A stretch of 64,000 nucleotides of DNA from Mobula hypostoma (lineage: Eukaryota). The DNA is taken from the NCBI RefSeq assembly GCF_963921235.1, contig NC_086097.1:127040001-127104000 (forward strand), written 5' to 3'. Under the pieces are notes generated by a model. The model was not told the DNA's origin and did not search any database. It saw nothing but the letters and a program-made list of their open reading frames with translations. This document shows positions 38,326 to 51,398 of the stretch, piece after piece. The translations under genes were made by a program, and so were the position numbers. Within the stretch, counting starts at the first letter, position 1. The number at the start of each line of letters is the position of its first letter.

Positions 38326-38397
38326 TCAGAACCACACTTGGGTGAGGCTGGGCTTGTGTATCTCACCACCTTTTGTCTTTGCTTGGTCTTTATTAAG

Positions 38398-38451
38398 GGG
38401 GACGTTGGTGAATGGGGACTGCCAGGACTCCCGGGACGTCCAGGTTCACCT
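38398..38451 (+). CDS. COL21A1: COL21A1-like exon (54 nt) GDVGEWGLPGLPGRPGSP
   Basis: TTATTAAG acceptor, GTGAGT donor. Confidence 0.92.
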
Positions 38452-39429
38452 GTGAGTAATATCAGTATCTCATGAGCTGTCTAAATTAATGCACTTGAGA
38501 CAATTATATTTCTTTAAGCCAGTACAGTGATTTGATGTCTGTTATGATGTTGATCTTCCAAGTCTGAATCTAAATTTATGAATGAACTTGGTTGGAATGT
38601 CTTTGAAGTAGGTAACAGTGGTCAGTTAGAGAGTCACTGCCTTATGGCTCTAGCAACCCATGTTCAACCCCGACCTTGGGTCTTATCTGTGAGGACAGCA
38701 TATTCTACCTGTGGCTGCATGGGTTCTCCCAAGTGCTCCAGTTTCCTCCAGCATCCCAAAGACATGAGGGTTGATTAATTAACTTCCTCAAATTAGCGTA
38801 GTTGTGTGATTGGGTAATCAGTGGTTGGGAGAGGGATTTATTAGACATGTTAGGCAGGTTACAGGGAAAATAATTTGCAGGGGGAGGAAGGAAAGTTTGA
38901 TAAGAGTGCTGTGAGAGTTAGCATAGGCTCAATGGCTAATTGGCTCCGTATGAACTTGTGATCAGCTGCTGTAAACAGATCAGTTGCTGTTTTCTTAGGA
39001 AACAACAATGTTAAATGGCATTCTAGGTAGTGATACATGTCAATTTAAATTCTGTGCTGATCCTTTTATGTTTAAGTCATAAAATCTAAATGTTTATAAA
39101 ATTACTGTCCTTGGTTTGATGGTGATTGTTGACATTAATTCTAAATGGAACTATTAAGCCATAGTTTACTGCTGAGAGGTAAACTGTTTGATCCATCAGG
39201 CTATTCCATCGACTGTGTAATCTCCCTGTTACCCACTATCAAACATTATCCCATTTCCACTTACTAGATGCACCTAGTCTCAGCCACTCCTGTAGTGAAA
39301 CACTCTATGGCAAGAAAAGGAAGAGCCCCATTAAGCATTATCCATGGCTTTGGGATATATCCTTGAGCTTCACAGATATTGAAGAGTGATTTAATTGTAT
39401 GCACTATTGTAATGAAACGAACCTGTTAG

Positions 39430-40065
39430 AAATGAATTACTGAAACGTTTATTCCCTTGAGTAAATAGAGCTTAAAACTCTGTTCTGTAACTTTATAAAA
39501 CATTGGTTAGACCATGGATGGGTCTCTGTGTACAGTTCTATAGGAAGCAGATAGGATACAATAGGAAGGATGTAATTGCACTATAAAGTTTACAGAGGAG
39601 ATTTGTCAGGATATTGCCTAAGGTGAAGTGTCTCTGTTAGAGGAAGAGAGTGGTTAGGGTGGGTTTGTTTACCTTTGAATGGAGAAGGCAGAAGGGAGAG
39701 CCTGATATTTGCATCCAAAATCCCATGAAACATTAAATAGGACAGATGGTAGGAAATATCCTCCTCGTTTAGAGGTGTCTAAGGCTAGAGGGCATAGACT
39801 TGTGGTCAGAGGTTGTAGCTTCAGTGCAGATCCAAGGAAGAACTTTTTCGCCCAGAGTATGGTTGGAATTTGGAATGCATTGCCTGAGTGGGTATTGAAG
39901 GCAAACATTCTGATAACAATCAAGTGTTTAGATAGGCACTTGAATTGCCAACAGGCTCTGGACCAGGTGCTGGTAAATGGCAATAATATAAATACAGCAG
40001 GTAGTTGATGGTTAGCATGGATATAGTGGGCCGAAGGGCCTGCTTCTGACCTATCTAACTCCATA
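39430..40065 (+). mobile_element. Old CR1 3' fragment
   Basis: ORF 39709-40008 reads ARGHRLVVRG...RKNFFAQSMVGIWNALP. Confidence 0.8.
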
Positions 40066-40634
40066 ATATTTTGAGTCTTTGGAAAATGGATGCAAATTCA
40101 AATGCTAATTGTAAATCTGATGTTGATTACCGGTGATATTGTGGATAAGGAACAAAGCAGGCAATATGGAGTTAGAAAACAAATCAGCTTTGATCTCATT
40201 CAATGGTGGAGCAAGTTTGAGGGGCGTAGTAATCTACTCCTGTGCCAGTGTACTTATGTTCAAATCCCAGCACACACCACATGTTGTAAAACAAATGTTG
40301 TACGTTACCATAGACACCCCTTAAGTTTAATGGAGATGAGAATCAGACTGTATAAAAGGCACAAAGCTGAGACCCAACCACATCCTTCGGCCAGCATTTT
40401 AATGCTTTACATACGTTCACTTCCCCACTCTAATTTTAAATTGTCTTCGGGATGGGAGGATAGTCTTCATGAATTACAATTCTAATGGGTGCCCACTAGA
40501 GTTTTGTTCCCCTAAAATTGATCAGGTCACTTATGGGGAAGAGAACATTATTTTGTCCGTCCTCTCTCCCTGAAATAACAAATGATGGAAAACGAATGCA
40601 AAGGAAATACACACTTTTTAAAAATTTCTTACAG

Positions 40635-40706
40635 GGTTTAAGAGGAGAGCCTGGAATACCAGGCCAGTCTGGATCTATTGGGATTCCTGGACCAAAGGGA
40701 AACAAG
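40635..40706 (+). CDS. COL21A1: COL21A1-like exon (72 nt) GLRGEPGIPGQSGSIGIPGPKGNK
   Basis: TTACAG acceptor, GTATGG donor. Confidence 0.93.
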
Positions 40707-40754
40707 GTATGGACTTGCATCCAAACTGAACTAAATAACCCCTCCATGTACCTA

Positions 40755-41890
40755 TCAAAGGTTCATTTTATTATCAAAGTATACAACTCTGTAACCAAGG
40801 AAGAAAAGAAAGGCAGCATGATAATCAACTCCCAAATACCACCTCCCCACAAAAAAAAGGAACAAAAGCAGAACAGGCACATCAACCCCCAAATCCCTTC
40901 TCATGCACAAAAAAAATGAACAAAATGGATCAGGCACATCGATCCCCAAATCATTCCTCCCACACAAAAAAAACTAACAAATCGGTCAGGCACATTGACC
41001 CCAAATCCCCCTCCCCGCACAAAAAATGAGAGGATTGGGTGAAAAACACAGAATATAAAAGACTATAAGACTGAAAAACAACAGGAATTCTGCAGATGCT
41101 GGAAATTCAAGCAACACACATCAAAGTTGCTGGTGAACGCAGCAGGCCAAGCAGCATCTATAGGAAGAGGTGCAGTCGACGTTTCAGGCCGAGACCCTTC
41201 GTCAGGACTAACGGACTGAAAAAACTGTTTTATGGTCCAAATCCATATCCCAAACACAGAAAGCACTTGGGCAACACTCTGTGCAGCGGCACGCTCTCCC
41301 CTCTGATAGCATAGCAGAGAGATCAAAAGACAGACAGTTGGTGCTTGCCCTCCACACTTGCTTCGATGTTTCAATCACCCTCATCGCTTTAGTCAGTGAA
41401 CAATGGAAGTTTTAATTGGTGAAATGGAGCCAAGCATGGGCTTGCACCCTGTCCTGCAGTCTGCCCACTACGAGGTTCGCACACACTGCTTCTGCCACTT
41501 GGAATCCTCTCGGAGACTGCAGAGTGCTGAACACCCAAACAATCTCCAAACTTTCACATTCGCTTTGACGTTTCAATTGCCCTCGTCGCTTTAAATGGCA
41601 AACAATGGAAGCTATAATCTGCGAAATAGGGTCAAACATCAACTTGCACACCATCCTGCAGCCTTCTCACCATGGCGTTCTGCCTCCTGGAATCTTGGAG
41701 ACTGCGGTGCGCTGAAGCACCCAAACGATCTCCAAACAGCAAAACACAGGCTTCAGCAGATCCAGAATCATATCCAAGACGAGAAACAAACGTAAAAGAC
41801 ATAAAAGAAGTGATCGAGATGGTTCTATGATCTATCCAGAATATGTCGACCAAAGGAGCATTGTACGCAGGCGCCATCTTGACTGGAAGA
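40755..41890 (-). mobile_element. Non-autonomous retroelement with internal tandem repeats and a nested Penelope-derived piece
   Basis: Minus strand begins CTTCCAGTCAAGATGGCGCC. About 4 imperfect AGGCACATCAACCCCCAAATCCC repeats lie at 40810-41015. A nested fragment at 41080-41212 carries a hammerhead. Confidence 0.55.
41174..41209 (-). ncRNA. Minimal type I hammerhead ribozyme motif
   Basis: Reverse complement is AGUC-CUGACGA-AGGGUCUCGGCCU-GAAA-CG-UC-GACU. It has an intact core, stem I AGUC/GACU, stem II, and a GUC cleavage triplet. Confidence 0.75.
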
Positions 41891-41899
41891 CGGATACAG

Positions 41900-44030
41900 G
41901 CCTATCCAAGAGCTTCTTAATTGAAACTATCGTGCTTGTATCAACCACTTCCTCTGGAGTCTTATTCCATATATGCACCACCCCCTGCATGAAAAAATGC
42001 CCCTCAGGTCCTGTTTTAAACCTTTCCCCTGTCACCCTAAACCTATGCCCTAGTTTTGAACTTCCAAACCCTGGCAAATAGACTGCTAATCATCATCATC
42101 ATCAGGTGCCATGCCCAGTTTGAGCTTTGACTGCCATGGCCCACACACTCCTGTTTCGGGTCAAGTGGATCAATTCATTGGTATTCATTTCCAGTTCTCT
42201 GGCTGCTGTCTCCATCATCATTTGTCTTTGCCTTGCTCTTGCTTTCTTCCCTTCAATCTTTCCCATAATTACTGTGCATTCTAACTCCTCTTTCCTAATC
42301 ACATGTCCAATGAAGTTACGTTGCCTTTTCATGATCTCGTACATTATTTCTCTTTTTGTGCTTGCTCTGTTCATGACATCCTCGCTAGATATTTGTTTCG
42401 TCCATGATATTCTTTGCATCCTCCTCAAAAACCATTAGTAACATGAGGAAATGAATTGAAACAGCAGAGATGTGGTTCTTGAGGAGGATGCAAAAAACAT
42501 CATGTACAAAACGAATATCTAACGAGGATGTCATGAACAGACTGCTAATAGCCACCTTATTTTCGCTGATGTTTGAGATGGATCTGGCAGGTAAGGTTAA
42601 GGAAAATCCCAAAAGGTTCTATAGCTATATTAAGAGTAGGAGTGTGGCTGTGGAGAGATCAGGTTCCCTAGAGATCAGCAGGCCACCCCACAATTTTATA
42701 AACCATTGTAAGGTCACCCCTTTCTCCTATAGTCCAAGAAATAAAGACCTAATCAGGCCAACTTCTCCCTTCAGCTCTGGCAGTTTAGTCTTGACAACAT
42801 CCTCATAAGTCCTTTCTGCACACTTTCCAGCGTAATCTCATCTTTCCTATAACAGGGTGACCAAATCTGTACACAGCATTCCAAGTGCAGCATCAACGAG
42901 TTATACAACCGCTCTCAATTCCTGTGCTCATTACTGATTATGGGCAGTATGTAAACAAGTTTGTGCCACCTTGTCTAACTGATGCCGCTTTCAACAAGCA
43001 ACACACTTGTGCTGTTAGGATTGACCCATTCATCACACTACTAGTCACTGGTCTCCATTCCAAGAAAAAAACCATCAGCCTCTGCTTCCCACCTACGAGC
43101 CATCTAACTAGCTCTGCATGGATTCCATGAGACCAACTGTCCAGGCCATCTACCATGGGGGACCTTGACAAAGGCTTTGCTAATGTCCAAATAGACAACG
43201 TCCACTATTCTACACTCATCTACCTTTTCGGCTACCTCTTCCAATAAAAACTCTACAACCTTCATTAAGCCTGACTTTCCATGCAAAAAGCTATGTTGAC
43301 TCCTCCTAATCAGATTCTATCAATCAAAATACTGGTAGACCTTCTCCCTCAAAATTCTCTTTAGTAACTTCCCCAATTCGGATATCAGGTGTGTCCTTGT
43401 TACACTTCTTCAATAATGGAAATAATAGCCACCTTCTAGACTTCAAGAAGTCAACCAGTGGCTAATAGTGAAGCAAATATCTCCTCAAAGGCCTCCTCAA
43501 GTTCTTCTGTAGCCTCCCACAAAGTCCAAGGATGCACTCTGTCAGGCCCTATCAGTCTTAATGCACTATAAATCTGCAAATACCTCCTCTGTAGTAATAT
43601 GGATGTCCTCCAAAACATGTCCACTTGTTTCCCTTGCTGCTTGATAAACTATGACTTTACCTCAGCAAAATATTCATGAAAAATATCTTACTCATCTCCT
43701 GCAGCTCAAGTCATGGTGGCTCTGCTGATCTCTAAGGGGACCTACTCACTTCATAGCCACCATTTTACTCCTAATTATAACTATAGAACCTCTTGGGATT
43801 TTCCTTAACCTTACCTGCCAGATCCATCTCATATCATCTGTTTGCCCTCTTGATTTCCCTCTTAAAATACCCTTAGTCTTTTTTTAGTCATTGAGGGATT
43901 CACTCGTCCCTGACCTCCTAAATCCAATGTATGCTTCCTTCTTGATCTTGACAAGAGACTCATTATCTCTTATCCAGGTTCTCTAATCTTGCCAGGATGA
44001 CCCTTCACCCGAACAGGAACATGTTGCTCT
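41900..44030 (-). mobile_element. Degenerate CR1 LINE, interrupted
   Basis: VDVVYLDISKAFVKVPHGR (ORF 43104-43286) and KLGHRFRVTGERFK (ORF 41832-42077). Confidence 0.8.
42091..42538 (-). mobile_element. RTE-clade LINE 3' fragment with 5' inversion
   Basis: ORF 42102-42428 reads RRMQRISWTK...FIGHVIR...GKIEGK. (CAT)n tail. The TSD AGACTGCTAAT occurs at 42080-42090 and 42539-42549. Confidence 0.88.
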
Positions 44031-44530
44031 TGGTCTGATCCACCTATTGCCTGTTGGCTCTTGCTCCACTACTTCCCGCACTACTTCTACTGGCTATCTG
44101 CCCTCTATCTTTCAGTCCAAATAAATTGTCTTACCCAAAATGGTGATTGTCTATTCCTTCCACAGATGCTGAATTCCTCTGGTTTTTTGAGTGTTGTTCC
44201 AAATTCTAACACCTCCAGCTCCTTGTGACTCCACTTTCATCCTAGCTTGTGAATAATGTGTGTTTTTTTAAATATTTGAAGAACATACAAAACATTACCA
44301 ATTGACAACCATCTTGATTTTGGCTTATTAAATTCTTCTGGTAAAAGTTCAATGAGCAACAATTCTACTAGCAAATTCATCATTGTTTCTAAAATTGCTG
44401 AAGTCACTAAGCAAAGCAGTGTTCCCTCATTGAACAGCAGATTATGATGAATGTCAATCTGGCAACTGAATGACTCACATTTAACAATATGTAATAATCC
44501 TTTACAGCATTCTGTACTAATATTTTTCAG

Positions 44531-44566
44531 GGGGAAGCAGGAAATCCTGGGAAGAAAGGCAGCCAG
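44531..44566 (+). CDS. COL21A1: COL21A1-like exon (36 nt) GEAGNPGKKGSQ
   Basis: TTTTTCAG acceptor, GTAATA donor. Confidence 0.9.
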
Positions 44567-45599
44567 GTAATAATTGCATCCTTCCCCATTTTTTGTTTCA
44601 AATGAACATCAATGACGTCAGTTTCTTACGAACGGAATAATTCTCAAGGCTCCAAGATGATACCCCACTTAATGTTATTTACTCAGTTATAGCCTTGCTT
44701 GTTGGTGAATGGGTAGTCCAATGTATCACACTCCCAAGATGTTTGGGAGTGTGATACATTGGACTATCCATTGTGATCCTGCAGAGTATTCCACTTCACT
44801 TCAACTTTCACACCTCTTTAAACATTTATCCATTTTCTCTTGGAAAGCTATTGCAGCAGACCTTCCCTTTAAAAGGGAAGCACAGTGGTGCAGCTTGTGG
44901 AGCTGCTGCCTCACACCTCCAGCAATGCGGGTTCAATCCTGATCTCCAGTACTGTGTCGGTCATCTTACACATTCTCCCTGTGACTCTGTGTGTGTTTCT
45001 TTTGGGTGTTCCAGTTTCTTCCCACATCCCAAAGGAGTCTGGCTTGGTTTAGTTGGCCACTGCAAGTGGCCTGCCCTCTTCTTATTACTACCACCAGGGA
45101 AGACGTGCAGGAGCCTGAAGATCTACGCTCAGTGATTCAGTGATCCCCTTCGCCATTAATTTCTGAATGGTCCATGATTCCATGAACACTGTCTCATTTT
45201 CCCTTTCTTTCTTTGCCCTACTTTTGTAATTCATAGTAATTTTATGCCTTTGCACTGTACAGTGCAAAACAACAAAGTTCAGGCCATTAAGTCAGTGATA
45301 ATAAATCCGAATCTAATTCTGCTGGGTGGTAGAATGTGGGGAGATTTAATGGGAGCATGGGGAAATTAAAATTAAGAACAGTGCAAGTGTGTGCTCATTG
45401 GACTGTTGGTCCATGCTGACCAAGTCTGATTGAACTTTTCTTTTGTGCATATGGTATGATAAAACTCTAAATAATTTCTGTGCTCATTGGTTTACACTGT
45501 GATCATTTGTAAGGACTCTGATGGTGGACAGTGGGATTCACAGGGCAGACGTGCTTTAGTGTGACATTGTATTTGTTTTGAATTTATTTTGTCATCTAG

Positions 45600-45644
45600 G
45601 CTGAGAGAGGTAGAGAAGGGCCACCTGGATCCCCAGGTCTGCAG
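45600..45644 (+). CDS. COL21A1: COL21A1-like exon (45 nt) AERGREGPPGSPGLQ
   Basis: CATCTAG acceptor, GTAATC donor. The first triplet starts with Ala. Confidence 0.9.
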
Positions 45645-45739
45645 GTAATCAACTAAGTATATTTCATAATCACTTAAAAATCACAGCGCTCTTTCAGTGA
45701 AGTTTTCATCAGTAATGTTCTGTGTTTCCATTTCTGCAG

Positions 45740-45772
45740 GGACTTACTGGTGCCAAAGGAGAAAAGGGAGAG
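45740..45772 (+). CDS. COL21A1: COL21A1-like exon (33 nt) GLTGAKGEKGE
   Basis: CTGCAG acceptor, GTAAAT donor. The last triplet is completed by K in the next exon. Confidence 0.92.
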
Positions 45773-48700
45773 GTAAATTTCTGACCAATAACACAAAGTA
45801 AAGCAAGGCAGAGAAAGCTGGGAAGAATCAGCAGGTTAGGCAGCATCTGTGGAGACGTGATTTTTCAGATCAATGGCCTGTCATCAGGACTGGGAAGAAA
45901 AAATGAAATTGTAGAGAAGGGGATGCGGTGGAGGAATTGATGTGGGCAGAGACGGAGAGAGATCGGGTGGCACGTGTGATGGTGTAGGTTGATGGGATTT
46001 GGGGAAAGCTTTATTAGCTGTTCTATCTGCTGTATGTAGAGGGAGATGAGTGAGGACAGAGGAGGGGGAACAGAAAGTAAAAGAATATGGGGAATTTGAT
46101 ACACAAATCACTAGAAATCTGAAAGAGAGGATTACTGGGACTACTCATAAAATTATGCCGAATGTTTAGGGACATAATAACTGAATTAATATTGCAGGGT
46201 GATAAACCTTGTTCAGAACTGTTCCACATACATACTAGGAAGGTTGGTTATTCACGTTACATTCAACGGAGTCCACAAGCCTGTAACCTGTCTAGTCAAA
46301 AGAACAGATGCAGTATCTTGAGCTCACATTGGAATAGTGTAAAAGGCCAGAGGCAGAGAAGTCAGAGTAAAGTTGCACTTAAACTGATGTGGGTTTTTTT
46401 TTGACATCTTACCTATAAGTAACATAAGGTGGCAGTTTCCTGTGCTTTCCTAGAGAAAACATGTCTAGATCTTATCAGCATTTGATTGTTGTGATGTAGG
46501 TAGAAAGCAAGGTACACATTGGCTTCCAGATATTACACCCCCTAGAATCTGGGACAGAAGAGAGGTCCCTTGGAGTAACTCAACTCATGAAGGGTTTGGT
46601 GAGAGGTTGGAAACTGTGTGGTTGGAGTGAGCATCTGAAACTGGCATTTGGAGCACCAGTGACCCGGCTGGTTATCAGTTCCAGAGAGTAAAGCACTAGA
46701 GATACTTAAAGAGGCAGTAGATAAACATTTGAAAGATCAGAGAATTGAAGGAATTGAGGCCTACGGTCTGTCAACCATATTGAATGACAGGATAGGATTG
46801 AAGGGCCAAGTGGGCCTACTCTTTGCTTCTGTTCACATATTGTCTCATAGAATGCAAACATCCTTGGCAAGGAATGGGGTAGATCCCCATCCCTATTTCT
46901 CCTGAAGAAATGCCCTTTCAGAAAGAATCATTTACTCTCTGTGGGTTAGGAGTCACATAAAGATTAGATAGCATAGGGCAGTACATTTCCTTACCCAAAT
47001 GACATGAGTTAAACAGATTATAGTTTTCCAATAATACATTAGTCCAGTAATTCCAATAATCTCAGGTGCCTTAACACTTAGAAGGAGAATTATGCAATTC
47101 AGCCGACTGAGTCTGCTTCACTGTTCAAGCATGGCGAAGATTGTGTCAAATCCCACTCTCCTGATTTCTCCCCTTAACCAATCAATCATCTATTAATTTC
47201 TGCCTTAAGTAGAAATGCCTCCACAATCCTCTGTGGCAACAAATCCCATTGATTTACCACTTCCTGGTTGAAGAAATTTCTCTTCACCTCAGTTCTAAAG
47301 GGGCAACTGGTTATTCTGAGGTTATGCCCTCAGATCCTGGACATCCCCACAAATGGAAACATCTTGTCCACATTCACTCGATCCATGCATTTCCGTATTC
47401 AGTATATTTCACTTACCCTTCTAAACACCAGTGAGTACAGGCCTAGAGCCATCAAACATTCCTCATACATTAACTCTTTCTTTCTAGAGTCATTCTTGAA
47501 AACCTCCTCTGGACCCTCTCATTTTTTTTGTCCTTAGATACAGGGCCCAGAACTGCTCACAATGCAGATTGTTTACTAAACCGAAAATAAATTCCCCACC
47601 TGCCCTAACAGAAGTGGAATTTTTTTCCTGGGATCATTGATGGATCTGAGTTACTAGGCAATTAACCTAAACACTAACCACTGTAACAGCTCACAGTGAC
47701 GGCCCCACCAGCCCTAGTGGAAGTGGAAGTTCTTTCCTGGGATCATTAGTCTGGATCTGAGTTACTAAGCAGGTCACAATTAACCACTGTAACGGCTTGC
47801 AATCCCTCCCTATCCTGCAAAGAAGTAAACACAAGCAAAGCTCCTGCAACTGGACCTCCAATTGATAGAGGGTATGTGAAGTGAAGGGAGAGAATAAATA
47901 ACAACCATTGTTATTAATAGGTGATTGATTCTGAATAAAGGCAAGAGATATGAGTACAGTTTGGGATATAGAACAGGGGAAACCATTTTGCTAACAGAGG
48001 TTGTGACATTGTGCAAGGCAGGTGACTGAGACAGAGCATTTTGTGCATTGAAGAATGGTAGATGGTTGAATGGATAGAGTGAGAAGGGTTGTAGGAATTG
48101 TTGTGGGAGGATAAATGAGGGGAAAACCGTGTTTGCAATTTCAAATTAGCAAACTAAGAACTGGAGAGTGTGGTTGAGACTCTCCAAGATGAATAATGGA
48201 AGATTATATCAAAATTAGCAAAACCACTCCCCCTCTGCAAAAAAAAAAGGATGAGGAGTAGGCTAAAAGTGCATTGGTTTATGTCAGTTGTTGATAAATG
48301 TTACTCTCGATGACTGACGTTGAAATTACTGAGCACATGAAAAATGTGCGTTTATTCAGCCCAAAAGCTTAGAGGCATAAGTTGGGCTCAATGAGTTGTA
48401 TATGATTTGTTGAAGGAATGACTGAGAATGCAGGTTCAAAGCAGATTTTCAAAAGGATCCCTGAAAGTCTCACATTGGACATTTATGGCACATGCAATGC
48501 ATGAGAAATTAAAAAGAATATGGTCAAACCAGTTGGGATGTTTAGTGGAAGAAAGATGACAGAATGGAAGAATGGGAAATTCCCTGAACCCCCAATATGT
48601 GAATGCAATTTTTTTTGTTCCAAAACAAAATTATTTAAATTTCGGAAATAAATTATATTTACTCATGAAGCCGAATTGTAACAAGGTCTGTGAACCCAGC

Positions 48701-49191
48701 AGGATGAATAGCTGATCTTGTTCAGTGTGGAAAAATATAACAACAAAATGTCATGGAAGTAATCTGCAAATGTTAAGATTTTAAATTAAATGGGGGATCT
48801 GGGAATCTGAATGAACGTCATCAGAGCTGACTTTAAATAAATTCAATTTGTATCTCAAATATGCAAAATATTAAATAAGCTAGCTAATTAATATGTTTGA
48901 AGTTTCAACTAGGTATGCCTTGTTGGAAAAGTATAAAGAAAGTGGTAAAGGAAAATTAACTTAGAGGGATGTAAGTGTTGGATTCCTGTATCCAGAGGCT
49001 TGTGGATATTTAGAATCCCAGAATTTTAGATATAGAGACAGGACAAAAATGTTCAGATGACACTAAAGATCAAATGTGAAAATACTGTGCAATGGAGCAT
49101 TTTAGAGGTACTGTATTCCCGCTGCATATCTTCTAATCTCGTGGTTTATCTTTACAGGTAATGCACATTGTTTTTCTGTTTTGATTTTTAG

Positions 49192-49338
49192 AAAGGGAAC
49201 ACGGGACCATCCGGTGAGAGAGGGATCAAGGGCAGGAATGGTGAACCCGGCACAATGGGCCCTGTAGGACCTCGTGGACCATCAGGGCATAATGGCCCAT
49301 CTGGACCGCCTGGTGTCCCTGGACTTCCTGGGAAACCT
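49192..49338 (+). CDS. COL21A1: COL21A1-like exon (147 nt) KGNTGPS...GLPGKP
   Basis: TTTTTAG acceptor, GTAGGT donor. 16 Gly-X-Y triplets in register with the previous exon. Confidence 0.93.
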
Positions 49339-49423
49339 GTAGGTGTTATTGGAAATCTGCTCCCAAGTTGTTTCTCACGTCGGCAAAGCCACACTGAAAA
49401 TAACTCTGATTTGTTCCAATTAG

Positions 49424-49478
49424 GCAACGCCTATCACAGACGAGCATGTGATGAAATTATGCAACAACATACTTCGCA
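49424..49478 (+). CDS. COL21A1: COL21A1-like NC2 exon (55 nt) [18 protein letters not shown]
   Basis: 85-nt intron, AG/GTGAGT boundaries. It resembles the recalled FSEQFIRQVCTDVIR of COL21A1 and its phase-1 end matches the next exon. Confidence 0.85.
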
Positions 49479-50057
49479 GTGAGTACTGACAATTTCCCAT
49501 GTTGAATGGTAGCAACACCAAAGCAATACAGTGAACGTGTTTTCCCACAGCCCTTTGCACTGTTTCCATGTACTAGCTATGCAGCCCCAAATGTGATTTC
49601 TGGTTTTGTTGCCTGTAACTAATAATCTCTGCATTCTTTTCATTATGAATTGGATGATCTTTAGGTTAAAATAGAAGTGGAAAACTCTCTCCACTGTTAT
49701 TGCACTGTAACAGCAGTGTATGTAATCTACAAAATGCATTGCAATTCATCACCTAGGCTACTTTGACAGCATCTCTAAAGCCATCAAAGAAGGTCTAGTG
49801 CAGCAGGCAGAAGGGAATTAATTGTACCCCCTGCAGATTCACCATCACCCTAATTTGGAAATACATCACTGTCTAGATCCTGAAACACACTTCCTGCTTT
49901 TTAATCGCCTTCATGAGATGGTTCAGTGCTGTTTTCTCAAGGGAAATTAGCAATGGGCAGAAAACACCAGTGTCTTGAAAACAAGTAAATACATTTAAAC
50001 TACTTATTAGAAGACCAAGAGGGAAAAATTTAAACTTCAATCAACATTTCTAAAATG

Positions 50058-50059
<2 letters not shown>

Positions 50060-50103
<44 letters not shown>

Positions 50104-50165
50104 ACTCACACACTCACACACACACACACACACACCCACACCCTCTCACGCTCTCACACTCACAC
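50060..50165. repeat. (CA)n microsatellite
   Basis: Seen directly. Confidence 0.95.
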
Positions 50166-51398
50166 TCTGCTGGAGGAACTTGGGCAGTATCCATGAAAAT
50201 GAACAAACAGTTAACATTTCATGCTGAGACCCTTCCCCGGGACTGTAGCTAAAATGGTGATTTGTGGGAGCTCCCTGTTGACCAAATAAACTACTGAGTT
50301 TTCCACATGACAACAATGACCTCAGGAGTACCTTTAAAGAATTCCTTACAGGACACAGTTACTGGGTTGTGTTGTAACAGCATATGCCAGTTCAGCTGCC
50401 TCTTCTAATGCTCCTCACTCTGTATGCTCATTAATACGAGCAGAAGCAAAGATGTTTCTCCTGGAGTATGGAGGCAAAATAATCTCAATTCACTTAAATT
50501 TATTTACAGCTTATTTAGCAGTGTTGTCAGAAATACAATATTACATTGTCAATTTACCTTCTACCACTGAAAAATGGGGACCCTTGTCACGAGAAGCCAT
50601 TGGGACTGTATACTTGAATTTATTATTATTGTGCTGTTACTACAGCAATCCTGCCTTTCAGTTATCAATATATAATGTTGTGGCTCAATAAAGTTCTGTC
50701 AAAATTATTGGCAAAGGCTGCAGGGAGACCTGATACAAGTTTATAAGGTTATGTGAAGCATAGACAGCCAGCCAGTATCTTTGTCCCAGGGTTGAAAATA
50801 CTAGATGGCATGCCTCTAAGGTAAGAGGGAGTAAGTTCAAAGGAGATGTGTGGGGCAAGTTTTTAACATGAAGAGTGGTGGGTAACTGGAATGTGCTCCC
50901 AGGCGTGGTGATGGAAGCAAACATGGTTGAGGTATTTAGAGATTATAGATAAGCATATGAATGTGCAGGGAATGGAAGGATAATGATATTCTCTAGGCAG
51001 AAGTGATTAGTTTAATTAGGCATTTAGTAGCCAGTTTAATTAGCTCAGCACAACATCATGGATCAAAAGGCCTGTTCGTGTTGTACTGTTGGCACCCAGT
51101 ACCTCACCCAGGGGCTGCTCGTCATTTCTGAGGCTGGAGAATGTGGATGAGAAGATTGCCCGATCAAGAAGCACGTTGGAATGGATTGCCCTCATTGGTG
51201 AATTTCATGCAGGAGATGTATATGTAATCAGGCCAAGGCTGGTCTTGGCCTGTGACTGATTGGAAGACCCCTATCGACACGTTCCTTGAGATTTTTTTTA
51301 TGCATAGTGAAACATTAAAACTGATTTCACCTTTACAGAATAGTAGATGCCTGTGAAATATTAAGAAATGCCAATTTTACATCCTTCCTATTACACAG

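Noticed and set aside
47610..47800. About 110-bp imperfect tandem duplication
   Set aside because: Appears to be duplicated SINE remnant with no further structure.
49339..49482. Read-through tail of ORF 49255-49482 (…[19 protein letters not shown])
   Set aside because: Splicing at 49338/49424 uses a different frame ([18 protein letters not shown]) that fits the next exon's phase and the COL21-type NC2.
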